From contig NKIB01012997.1 of assembly GCA_002256025.1 (NCBI GenBank), positions 45,953 to 65,952 of the forward strand: a stretch of DNA of 20,000 nt, in the 5' to 3' direction. Positions 10,520-20,000 of this stretch are shown here, in pieces; within the stretch, counting starts at the first letter, position 1; every line of letters starts with the position of its first letter. The notes beneath the pieces were generated by a model that did no database searches, was not told the DNA's origin, and saw only the letters and a program-made list of their open reading frames with translations. Source of the stretch: Asterionella formosa (taxonomy: Eukaryota). A program made the translations under genes and the position numbers.

Positions 10520-13270
10520 CTAGTAATTAAGCCGAAGCCATTGACTTGATGGGACGTTCCTCTTCAATGATCCGTCATCGTACAAAATGTCCACATTTCC
10601 ACTTGGCATGACCTTTTTAACCAACCCTGGATACAGGACGCCGCTTTCTCCGTAGTCGGCTGTTACCAAAGCACCCTCTTCTAATGGCCTATACCTTCGA
10701 ATGATGTCCATAGAAACCTGGCCTTGCGTCTCACCGTCTTCATAATTCACTTGGCAAGTCTCTCCGTCTAATCCGCCAATACTGCCTCGGAACCATTGGC
10801 CTTTGCCGTCATAGTTAACAGCCACAGTCTCGCCTGTGATCAATGAAGCAGGTGGTAGTGGAGGATGCCTCCATCGATGATGCTGATATGTGTAAGGCTC
10901 CACCGTCGGAATCTGTCTCTGGGGAATGATTTGAACACTCGATTTCACTTTAAATTCAGGTTGCCTGGGAACCAATGGCATGGCTGCGATATTTTTGTCT
11001 GCCGATTCAAACAAGAGCTTTCTCCATGTGAGCAAGTTGTCACGAGATTTGTAACCAAGTATAGTGTGCCGAACAGGAGCATCAAATCTATAGTGAGCCA
11101 GTTGCAACGATATGCATTTGTGTAGAGCTCTCAAGAAGTCCTTGGACGCGAGATTCAGTACAAGGCCCACGTGTTTTTTTGTGTCGCTTTCAGTAAGACG
11201 CCTCCATTGGCCATTTCTCCAATCTTGCTCAAGGAAACGTCCTCTGGTTGTCTCCAATATCGAATCGGTGAGTGTCTCCAAAAAAATATCTGGAAGTCCC
11301 ACAAACGACTTGACGAACGGTGCATAATGTGCGATGGCTAAACGAAAGGCGGCATTTCCAGGGTGATAGTCCAACCATCGATCATAAGCTCCAAGAAAAT
11401 AAGAATCAAATCTACTTCCAATCAAAACGTCTTCTTTTTCTGGCAAAGTGGTGGGGCCCGTTGACAGCGAAAGGTCTTCCATTTCCATTACTTCGACGTC
11501 AAATGGTTCGTTCAAAATTCTTCCGAGCTTGACATCTTGCCCCCAACGACTGAACTCGATTCGCCGTTGGACTCGATACAAGACCAATGCTGGAAAAACG
11601 TGTGTGAAGGCGAGCCCAAGGAAAGCGCGAGTGATATGTCTTCGTTTTCGGGTTTTAAAACTGACTAACAAGATAGCAACTCCATAAGTCGATAAAACAA
11701 CAAGATTGATAATTTCCAAAATAATGAGACAATTTTTCGTTGTGTCGCGAAGATACGTTTCCCACGCACGATTGTTCTTCAAAACGGGTCCTTGCAAAAG
11801 TTTCGGAATTCCAATCCTATCAATTACAGTGTCGATGAAATCAGGTAGCTCACTCCAATGGACTCCCATCTGACCGTTGGCCATACGCATCATTGCGGAG
11901 GTCACAAGATCGTAGCCCCAGTTGCGATTCTTTGGTTTCCATAGTCCAAGACACCTTAGGATTGAAAAATGCTTAACCATGCTTCGTTGAGCATCAAACA
12001 AGTCTGCCCAGGTATGACCCCACATATTCCATTTCATGTGAAAATAGGTCCCTCTCGACAATTGTCGAGGATCTATTCCATGCTGCGGTCTGCCAATAAA
12101 TGATACAATGAAAAGGATACGCTCCAATGAGTTCGGGTCGGAATGTTTATACCCGCGATGCCAAATTTGCTGGTTCAACAATGCGGCATCTCCCGCGTGC
12201 CAAAGCTTGTCTGATGCTGCTGCATTCAGCTGTATTCCATTTTCTGCGCACATGACATCCAGCCAATTAGCACAATAATGAGTGCCAGGACAAAGCTCAG
12301 TAGCTCCCATTGCCGATGAGGTGTCTTGCAAAGCAACGAACATAGAGTATGAATGCGAGAATGTCCGAGCAAATTTTATCCCATTGCCATCTGGCTTGAC
12401 ATCGGGATGCCAAGATTGATGTGTTGCACCGAATCTAGCAGTGATTGCAGTGATCTCCGTGACTGCGGGGTCTGAACCGACCAGGCCTTCAATCAAGGGT
12501 TGAAGAGTTGGATTCGTGGCAATTTCCCTCAAGGCAATAGGAACAATGGGATCTTCTGTCGCATCAATACCAAAGCTGACTCGAGTGTTGCCTTCGCCTT
12601 GAGAAACAAAGATTTCGTCTTCCTCAGTCAGTTCAGCATTTCGTCGTACAATGAATTTTCGAAGTGCTTCAACAGTGCTAGGCTTCAATACTTGAGGAAT
12701 CATTGCCGCTCCATGTTTCATCATGGTATCAACAGCTTGAACCGGTGTGGTGCCATTCGTAAGGAGCAAATCTTGCAGGTTGCGTGTCGACAAGTCATTC
12801 GCGGTACACGCTCGTTCATAGTACGTATACTCCGACTGAAGACGAACATCCGAAGCAGCTCTACCAGCCGATTTAATAATGTGCACAAAATACTCCTTGT
12901 AGAGATGTTGTGCATGATAGGTACAAAGAAGGATTAAAAACAGTGCTGCCAACGGAAGATCCAGAATGAGAACTCTTAAAATGGAACCTGCTCGCTGCAA
13001 TCGCCTTCCGGATGGCGACGATAGCTTGTCATTTACGTCGTTTGTGATACCATTGACTGTCGTTTCTCGGATTTGCTCTCTGAATGCAAAGCCTCTTGTT
13101 GTGAATGTCGGCTGAAAAGGGACGGACGGAAAGGGACAATGGTCGGCATTGGGCTCAATTGATGCTGTTGCAATCAAAAAGCGACGCAGCAAATCCAAAT
13201 CGCTTCGTTGTTGAAGATCCACTGCCTCTGTCAGTCCTTCGACTGAGTGGTGTCCTGAAGTGCCGTTCAT
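10520..13270 (-). CDS. 916-aa multidomain membrane protein: TM - PhyH-like 2OG-Fe(II) dioxygenase - 2 TM - DUF6824-like - tandem Tudor-like domains
   Basis: Uninterrupted 2.75-kb ORF. Hydrophobic helix VLILDLPLAALFLILLCTY. PhyH motifs KHGAAMIPQVL, QSWHPD (HxD, 12401-12412), FVALQD...MGATELCPGTH, GDAALLNQQIWHRG (distal His 12158-12160) and ERILF. Two further hydrophobic segments flank KTRKRRHITR. EDVLIG...HPGNAAFR...GRFLEQD...W is DUF6824-like. Two C-terminal repeats follow the pattern G..V...Y...G..(F/Y).G.......(V/I).Y(E/D)DG. Confidence 0.9.
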   Translation of the reverse strand: MNGTSGHHSVEGLTEAVDLQQRSDLDLLRRFLIATASIEPNADHCPFPSVPFQPTFTTRGFAFREQIRETTVNGITNDVNDKLSSPSGRRLQRAGSILRVLILDLPLAALFLILLCTYHAQHLYKEYFVHIIKSAGRAASDVRLQSEYTYYERACTANDLSTRNLQDLLLTNGTTPVQAVDTMMKHGAAMIPQVLKPSTVEALRKFIVRRNAELTEEDEIFVSQGEGNTRVSFGIDATEDPIVPIALREIATNPTLQPLIEGLVGSDPAVTEITAITARFGATHQSWHPDVKPDGNGIKFARTFSHSYSMFVALQDTSSAMGATELCPGTHYCANWLDVMCAENGIQLNAAASDKLWHAGDAALLNQQIWHRGYKHSDPNSLERILFIVSFIGRPQHGIDPRQLSRGTYFHMKWNMWGHTWADLFDAQRSMVKHFSILRCLGLWKPKNRNWGYDLVTSAMMRMANGQMGVHWSELPDFIDTVIDRIGIPKLLQGPVLKNNRAWETYLRDTTKNCLIILEIINLVVLSTYGVAILLVSFKTRKRRHITRAFLGLAFTHVFPALVLYRVQRRIEFSRWGQDVKLGRILNEPFDVEVMEMEDLSLSTGPTTLPEKEDVLIGSRFDSYFLGAYDRWLDYHPGNAAFRLAIAHYAPFVKSFVGLPDIFLETLTDSILETTRGRFLEQDWRNGQWRRLTESDTKKHVGLVLNLASKDFLRALHKCISLQLAHYRFDAPVRHTILGYKSRDNLLTWRKLLFESADKNIAAMPLVPRQPEFKVKSSVQIIPQRQIPTVEPYTYQHHRWRHPPLPPASLITGETVAVNYDGKGQWFRGSIGGLDGETCQVNYEDGETQGQVSMDIIRRYRPLEEGALVTADYGESGVLYPGLVKKVMPSGNVDILYDDGSLKRNVPSSQWLRLNY

Positions 13271-13569
13271 TATAATGTAATAGGCGAACGAGTTTCACTA
13301 TTTTCCGGCATTCGAACTTTGTAAAATCTGTTGTGGCATCAAATGTGAAATATTCTATTTGATATTTCTTTCTTATGTGTAATAAAATATATTTCGGTAC
13401 AGATACTGGAGAATGATTTAAAACTACATATGGAAATTACAATAACAGTGCATGTGTTCATATCCAGACATGAGGATACAAAGTGCTGCTCTTGTTGTGC
13501 TATGTAGGCGTGCGTTGTGTTCGGTTTTCGGTCGTACCCCCACCGCCTATATTACAGCCAATAAACACA
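13271..13569. promoter_or_regulatory. Probable bidirectional promoter region (299 bp) between divergent genes
   Basis: Head-to-head starts at 13270 (-) and 13570 (+), with an AT-rich core at about 13345-13445. No specific sites were identified. Confidence 0.5.
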
Positions 13570-14403
13570 ATGATGTACTATATATGGCTAATTGTATCTC
13601 TTGTATTCCTTTGGGTGCCGTACGGATCATGTCAATCTGCTGCGGGTCAAGAGACCCTGGTCGGTATAGTCGGTAGAAATTTCGTCGTCTTGGGAGCTGA
13701 TTCTTCTGTGTCCACATCTATCGCCTTCACTGCCAGCGATCTTGACAAGATTGCAATTTTGGACGGCCAGGCGACGATTGCAGCAGCCGCAGCTGGTGAT
13801 GCTGCTGATTCGGATCGGCTGTTGGGTATTCTAAGTGCTCATTGCGCGATTCGAGAATACGAAGAAGGCGGCGAGGTTGACTTTTATATGATGAACGAAA
13901 ACGACAAACTTCCGGAGCGCCCAATTGGCTTGACGGTGCAGGAGGTGGCTCATTTAGCACGAAACCAAATAGCTTCTTCTCTTCGGTCCAGATCTCAACT
14001 GAAGGTATGCCTGCTGATTGCCGGAATGATGAAAAGCGAAGGAATAGAACCAGAATCATTTAGCAAAAGGCTGCAATCGCAAGCTTCAGGCAACACTGGT
14101 ACTGCAAGTATTACATCGTTGATAACAAATGATGTCACTACTTCAGCTTCACTCAGGCCGCATTTATTTTGGCTAGATCCCTATGGCAGTCTGCAAAAGG
14201 TACAGTATGGCGCACATGGTCACGGTGCCAACTTTATGCTCTCCATCTTGGACCAGTCCTACCAACCTGATTTGAGCCAGGAGGAGGCTATACAAATTGT
14301 TCGTGATTGCTTCGATCAGCTTCGGATACGATATGTTATCAACACGCCGCAGCCTCCTTGTATCAAATGTATTGACAAGGACGGATGCCGTTTGATACGT
14401 TAG
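13570..14403 (+). CDS. 20S proteasome beta subunit, beta-4 / PSMB2 (Pre1)-like, with N-terminal signal peptide and two insertions (277 aa)
   Basis: ETLVGIVGRNFVVLGAD, DLDKI, GDAADSDR, AHLARNQIASSLRSR, VCLLIAG, PHLFWLD.YGSLQKVQYGAHGHGANFMLSILD..Y.PDLSQEEAI, LRIRYVIN and IDKDG all match the PSMB2 pattern. The first ATG is 13570 (the track start is GTG). MMYYIWLIVSLVFLWVPYGSC precedes the fold. Confidence 0.9.
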   Translation: MMYYIWLIVSLVFLWVPYGSCQSAAGQETLVGIVGRNFVVLGADSSVSTSIAFTASDLDKIAILDGQATIAAAAAGDAADSDRLLGILSAHCAIREYEEGGEVDFYMMNENDKLPERPIGLTVQEVAHLARNQIASSLRSRSQLKVCLLIAGMMKSEGIEPESFSKRLQSQASGNTGTASITSLITNDVTTSASLRPHLFWLDPYGSLQKVQYGAHGHGANFMLSILDQSYQPDLSQEEAIQIVRDCFDQLRIRYVINTPQPPCIKCIDKDGCRLIR

Positions 14404-14539
14404 GAAATTATCATGTTAAGCAAGCACACTTATGATGGCAGCACGAGATATTACAGCCACATTTGCAGTAATATTATACAAGCATTAATCTGATGAAATG
14501 TAATGTAACATTTCAATGCACTTTGTTTGAATAACATGA

Positions 14540-15043
14540 CTAGGTCGATTTCTTTTGTCGCTTTCGCGTTGTGGAGACTTGTGATGGCTCCCCTGTGACA
14601 TCGCCTACATCTCGTTTCTTTGGTACAGGGTGTACAACTGACTTCTCCTTTATTGAGTGAAACCGCTTTTGTAGTTCCACCTGAACCTTTTCTGGCAGTT
14701 TTTCCCATCCCACAAGCTCGTTTATGGTCTCCAATTTTATAGTCTCTGGATATTCCCATGCACATGAAGATCCATGAAAATAGGTTGATTGCTTACAGCC
14801 CTTGTGGCACTGAAGGAACAATCGTAACCGAAGTTGGCCTTTGCAGATTGGGTCATGGCACTGACGACATTTGGATCGACTGGAGGGACTCATATCAACC
14901 TCTGCGTCATGGGGAGTATCAGCCCATGTCTTTCTAGCAAACGGCATTGTCAAATCATCTTTGGACTCAAACCGCTTGAGTTTTAAATGCAAGTAGCGTC
15001 CAGAAGGATCGCGGGGCAACATGTCTCCCGGATTCGTTTTCAT
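14540..15043 (-). CDS. Small protein with a single PARP-type zinc finger (zf-PARP) and basic C-terminus (167 aa)
   Basis: AEVDMSPSSRSKCRQC..PICKGQLRL...YFHGSSC...INELVGWEKLPEKVQ.EL matches the zf-PARP pattern, including the GW..L...Q helix. KKR...RKRQKK is NLS-like. The first ATG is at 15043 (the track start at 15109 is GTG). Confidence 0.85.
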   Translation of the reverse strand: MKTNPGDMLPRDPSGRYLHLKLKRFESKDDLTMPFARKTWADTPHDAEVDMSPSSRSKCRQCHDPICKGQLRLRLFLQCHKGCKQSTYFHGSSCAWEYPETIKLETINELVGWEKLPEKVQVELQKRFHSIKEKSVVHPVPKKRDVGDVTGEPSQVSTTRKRQKKST

Positions 15044-18000
15044 GGTTGGAAGATATGGGTTACAAAGTCCTTTCCTCTGATGCTCTGTGTTATTTGGCAA
15101 AAGCCTCACTATACTGCTTCGCTATAGTATGCTGCTTGGATGTCCTCTTGGATCAGTAAAATGCAAATATAAGGAACGAGTTGAATGGTATTGTACCGCC
15201 AAGAAGGATGATAGAGTATTTGCACTCGACATCATAAACCATCGCTAATAGAGAAGCCATCGTGAGGAGTGTCACGAGGATTGCGGACTCGATTACACTC
15301 CAACTAATCGAATCATGTGTGGCCATGCCAATCCTCAGCTGGCTAACGAGACCAAAGATTGAAGACTTCTATAGAGATCGAATTCCATTCTATTAAGTGG
15401 AAATTCGAGGATACTCTTAGAATGCCTTGTAAGAAGCAAATGATTCATAGGTCACTTATTTGAGAATTAGCAATTGGCTGAGTAAGCCGTGATAATTGAG
15501 AGGAAGGTCAATTAGTTTATCTAGCAGGAAGGCTAGCAGAAAAAGTAAGAGGTAATCCCTCTGTCCAATAACAGTTACATCGATAATAGAAATTTCTCCG
15601 GGTCCATTTGGACTGCTACGATTTTCTCTGGCTTCATTACCCAATTGTGTGGATTGCCCTAGTAAACTACAGATCCATGTATTAGTATGCCAGTATACAA
15701 TAAAACGAAAGCAGGTGAAAGAGTGCTGAGTCACATGGGTTCAAGATCCCCTTCATGTTATAAAAATATGTGATCATTGTAGCTATGCAGCTCCCTATTC
15801 TGGATGGTGGATTGTTCTTCTGCTGAGTCCCCATACAAGAACCTGTTTCTGGCCTTCCAACAATCAGTGCTGTACTTGCACATTTGTGCCACCAATTTTG
15901 TGCCCCGAAGTCGTGGAACCACCTATAAAAATTATTACAATAATTGTGAAAAATTATTGCAAAAATTATCACAAGCATAGAATTAGGTAAAAAAATAAAT
16001 CTAGAATTTATTTTGGAAGCATAAAATTCGGGCGCACCAGTGCACCAAAAATGGAAATTCAGTTGATCGCTCATAGAAACCATTTGAGCATCAAAATTAT
16101 ATCTTTAAGTGTTGTAATTTATGTCTTAGACTATTGAGAACACCGTTGTGAAGTTTGCTTTCTTATAATGCTTTGCACTAGGCGCACTTGTCATCATGTG
16201 TAGATAGGATTCAGATACCAAGCAAGCAAGGGGCTTCTATTATTTTTTGGCCTCCTTCAGAATTGAGATTTTTTATTACAATCCCCTATTTGTTCTCCCA
16301 ATTTGATAACAAGATGTTGGAGATGTGGAAAGAGCACAAATCATTTCTGAATCAACATCTGTGGGCAGCCATGCAGCAGTGTATCTGGCTATAATCACGT
16401 CTGCAAATAGAATGTATCAAATTTATAAGATCATAGGTATTGTACGATAACTGGCACAGATTTTTCGCTGCATGATACATATTTCGTTATTTGTATGTTA
16501 AATGGTGCATACTATAAGTAAGATCATGTTAAGCATACTTGTATTAACCGATACACCACGATATTATCAAAACGTTATCCTATGATGTACATTCTTTCAT
16601 CATCTATCTATCTTAAAATATTGGTAATTCAAATCGAAATCACTATTAAAATAGGTTGAAATGTTTTGTAGTTTTCTGCTATATCTAGAAATGATTTTTA
16701 TGTTTCTATATTCTGCGCGGTTGAACACCAGCCAATGCTCCCTTTTTCTATTGTCTTATTGATCCTGATGTATGCCTCTCAACTCCCTTGAGGATGCATG
16801 CCTCCCCCCGCCACCCTTCAATGATCTTGATGCATGCCTCCTGCCTCCCGTTCAATCTGATTCTGAAACTCATCTGACTGCCTTGTGCCTTTGCCCTTTC
16901 CATTTGCTCCGATTCTGAATTCGCAGGCGCTATTCAATTGCTTTGTCCACTTTGATTTTCTAGTCACACTACCAATCAGAAGGAATTACTTGCAGTTAGC
17001 CATCTTTTGTTCAAACCTCAACACTGTAGTCCCATTTTATCATGCTACACTTACCAGAAATCGATGAACTTTCGCATAATTATGTAAAACTGTGTCAGTC
17101 GAATATCGCATAAGTACACATCAAAGATTGTTCCACCAATGTCATTGATTACTTACAGCAAAACGGTTTGATTACAATTATCCTAAAAGATTAAAACACG
17201 CGTGTGTCAGTATGTTCTAACAGTTGTGCATTGTTCCAACTACTAGAGCACTTACCAATTAGATTTTGTCAACATTGGTGTTTTCCCAATGAATGCAAAA
17301 TGAGCTATTAAATTGCTAGAAATGGAAGAAATCATTTAGTATTGTTTGTGAACCCAACAATCGATCAACCTGACATGTGCTGCCCTTGACATGCCATACT
17401 AGGTAGATTCCATTCACTTTTACATTTTCACCCCTTCTCAGCCGCAACGTTAATCATTGTGCTGTAGCTTCAATTCAGTTTTCCTTGTCATGTGGTTGAT
17501 GTGAACTCTCATTTCAGGATGAGTTACCGGTATGCATGACAATGAACCTTTAGATATGATTTCAAATGTATTAGCCATGTATACATATATAAAAATTTAT
17601 AAAAGGATAAATATATACAATACAGTTTGAAAAGTTTCATAGATCAAAGACAATCTTGTTTATATCTCACATCATGTTTATAATATCATCCGTAAGAGGA
17701 TATCGTTTTTCCACTATCTGAGGTACAATTTTCCCGTATTAAATCTTGTACCTACTACTACAAGTAAGTGATTTAATAAACACCTCAATTAACGGTAGTA
17801 GAATGAATGTCATGCTGACATTTTCGAGATATTGGAACTACGAAGAAAAAATTAATGTTCTAAATAATGCATCCAACTCAAAAGTTTGATTACCTTTTCG
17901 ATAAGTGATCAGGGCATTCCAAGCAGCAACCTGATAGATTGAATTCGCTCACAATGATTGAATCGAATCTGTGGTGTCGAGAATTCCAGTATCCACCAAT

Positions 18001-19043
18001 CAACCATCTTTGAACAGGGACCTTGATTTCTCGGAATCTATGACCCACAACTGCAAGTGGCTGGAACAACTTCTAGTCAAGCCTGTTCAAATTGGTCCAT
18101 TTTGGATGACTCCAGGTAAGCAACATTCATGCCGACATGATGTCCCGTTAAGAAGGTGAAGACTCATGTGCATTGATGTGGCTCGGACTTTGATTGCAGG
18201 TTTGTAATGAATGTCAATTGATTGAACGATTGCTGATTGTGGTGTGATGGTAAACATTACATAAATACATGTATCTATATATTTATACTTACAATATTCT
18301 ATGATGATAATTATTCTACATATTAGATGATTTATTGAAATTTTATGATCATATGATTGTCATTATAAGGTGCATCACACAAATAAGATGTTTTCTATTT
18401 GCAGACACTGGCAGGTGGTGGCAAACAAGCAAGAAAAGTTTTGGGGCCTTCAGGATCTTCTTATTGTAGAAGTGCAATTGAATTAATGTTTTGGTGTTAT
18501 GTTCACCTTGATGATCACATGGGATGAATGACATCAGATTCAACAATTTGCGAATCAAATGACTATCAACCTAACTAAGTCACAGGATCAATGATGCTAG
18601 TCGAGCTACAAAATGAGGGGTATTGACGTTCCTACTATTTATAAAAAAAATATATTAAATTATAGAAATAGATGGACGAGCAAGACGAGGCCTCCACAAT
18701 ACCCCACCTATTAGGCATATACCCGGTACTAGAGCAAAAAGACGAGGTACCTGGTACTCCTGTTACGTACGTTGCGGGGGATTGATCACCTTGTTTTACG
18801 GTAAGGTTACTGGTATCATCCATATCATCAGTACATCCATATCATACAACATTCTTGGTGACAAGCATTCAACTGGTGCACATACGGAACTGTAAAATTT
18901 CAAAATGACCCCTTGCTGACGTCATGTCGTCGCTGCAGCAGGCGGAGGAAGCAAAATCGGATGTATGTGATCATGATGATGCGTACGGGATGAACCATTA
19001 TGCTGGGTACCATATGAAGTATCTAACTAGAAGTAGTAGTATT

Positions 19044-19208
19044 TGTTGAATATATGAGCTTATTTGTTAATCCTTGTGTGTAACTCGTTCTCCAAGTCGA
19101 CACCAAAGTATACAATGAGGGTTAGTCGAGTTCTTATTCATATATGATATAACACTAACCCTATATACATCTGTATTGATGCGCAAGATCGCTCACTCTC
19201 CCACACCA
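19044..19208 (-). mobile_element. Candidate polypurine tract (about 19196-19208) and short 3' LTR (19195 to about 19044, TG...CA) of the gypsy element
   Basis: Just after the pol stop, the minus strand reads ...GGTGTGGGAGAG|TGAGCGATC...AAATAAGCTCATATATTCAACA. It cannot be confirmed because the 5' LTR lies outside the window. Confidence 0.5.
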
Positions 19209-19220
19209 AGGGAAAACCTT

Positions 19221-20000
19221 TTACCTTTGAAAAGGTTTGATGTAATGGATATTAATTCGTTCCGTAGTATGCATAGTTTGTTGAAAAGTAACTGTACCAT
19301 TGGCATATACTTGAATAAATAGAATAAGGACCTCGTCCATGGTTATCCAAGGTAGTAGGATTATCCAATAGGATTAAAACCTCATCAACAACCTTGTAAT
19401 CGCAAGAACGACGACGGAAATTATCACGACGTAGTCATTTGTCAATTATCACTTATCGACATTGATATCCCAATATCAATTACATATCTGTAATCAAATC
19501 ATGTTGGAAAACCCATGTTCCTGGTGAAAATACACAATGTACTATAAATAGTAACTCGAGCTGCATATGATACAGCAAACTGGTATCCACAATATTCTGA
19601 ACTTGAAATTCCTTGATTGGAGGATGAGCCTTTAACATGACTTGTACATAGATTTTTACTGATAGATTGATGTAAACGTTCACGGATAGCATTTGTTTGT
19701 GGATTCTTGACTGTAATGGTCCCAATTTTAATTCCATTCAACACTTACATGTGTCTGAAAGGAATACCAGTAAATTGACCTCCATTGTCATGTATACAAC
19801 CTTCTGGACGGAGATATCTTTCTAACCAATCATTTTTAAATTTCATCGCAATATATTCTGATGTCTTATTATCGATATGTGAAATTTCTGGTAAATTGGT
19901 GACTGTGTTAACTCAAGTTGGAGCATGAAATTCAATCGCTTGTGCAGTCACTGTTATCTTCCATGGACCAATGAAATCCACTGTGACTTCTGAGCATTGT
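19221..20000 (-). pseudogene. Decayed Ty3/gypsy integrase (3' end of pol), truncated by the window edge
   Basis: The minus strand reads EVTVDFIGPWKI...NLPEISHIDNKTS...NDWLERYLRPEGCIHDNGGQFTG...KNPQTNAIRERLHQ, a D,D35E triad with exactly 35 codons between the second D and E. It continues SPGTWVF, GPY, QVYANGTVT and INIHYIKPF. Internal stops and frameshifts are present. Confidence 0.92.

Noticed and set aside
10865..12937. Short ORFs overlapping the 916-aa gene (similarly 3478-3768, 13727-14059 and 14451-14765 over other genes)
   Set aside because: Antisense or alternate-frame shadows of real genes, with no recognisable motifs.
13483..13569. N-terminal extension of the proteasome ORF from the GTG start in the ORF track
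   Set aside because: In a eukaryotic context the first ATG (13570), which opens a clean signal peptide, is the likely start.
15720..15755. tRNA T-arm / B-box-like GGGTTCAAGATCCC
   Set aside because: The loop is 8 nt and no D-arm, anticodon arm or acceptor stem can be folded.
19118..19162. Telomere-like GGGTTAG / CTAACCC
   Set aside because: Single units forming an inverted repeat inside the candidate LTR, not a tandem array.

Overview
Eukaryotic nuclear DNA, most likely from a diatom or related stramenopile with a red-algal secondary plastid. This is inferred from the compact single-exon genes, a DUF6824-like domain, a signal-peptide-bearing proteasome subunit and the transposon types. Five intact-looking genes are present: RCL1 (-), a TPR-like helical protein (-), a 916-aa membrane protein combining a PhyH-type 2OG-Fe(II) dioxygenase, a DUF6824-like domain and tandem Tudor-like domains (-), a 20S proteasome beta-4/PSMB2-like subunit with an N-terminal signal peptide (+), and a small stand-alone PARP-type zinc-finger protein (-). 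Mobile DNA comprises a decayed two-gene PIF/Harbinger transposon (about 0.35-2.7 kb), a 279-bp insert between perfect 15-bp direct repeats (5.0-5.3 kb), and the 3' end of a decayed Ty3/gypsy element running off the right edge. Intergenic DNA repeatedly carries TACCGGTA / TACCWGGTA palindromes. The most interesting items are the dioxygenase-DUF6824-Tudor fusion and the secretory-pathway proteasome subunit transcribed divergently from it. All family assignments come from motif recognition by eye; no searches were run.
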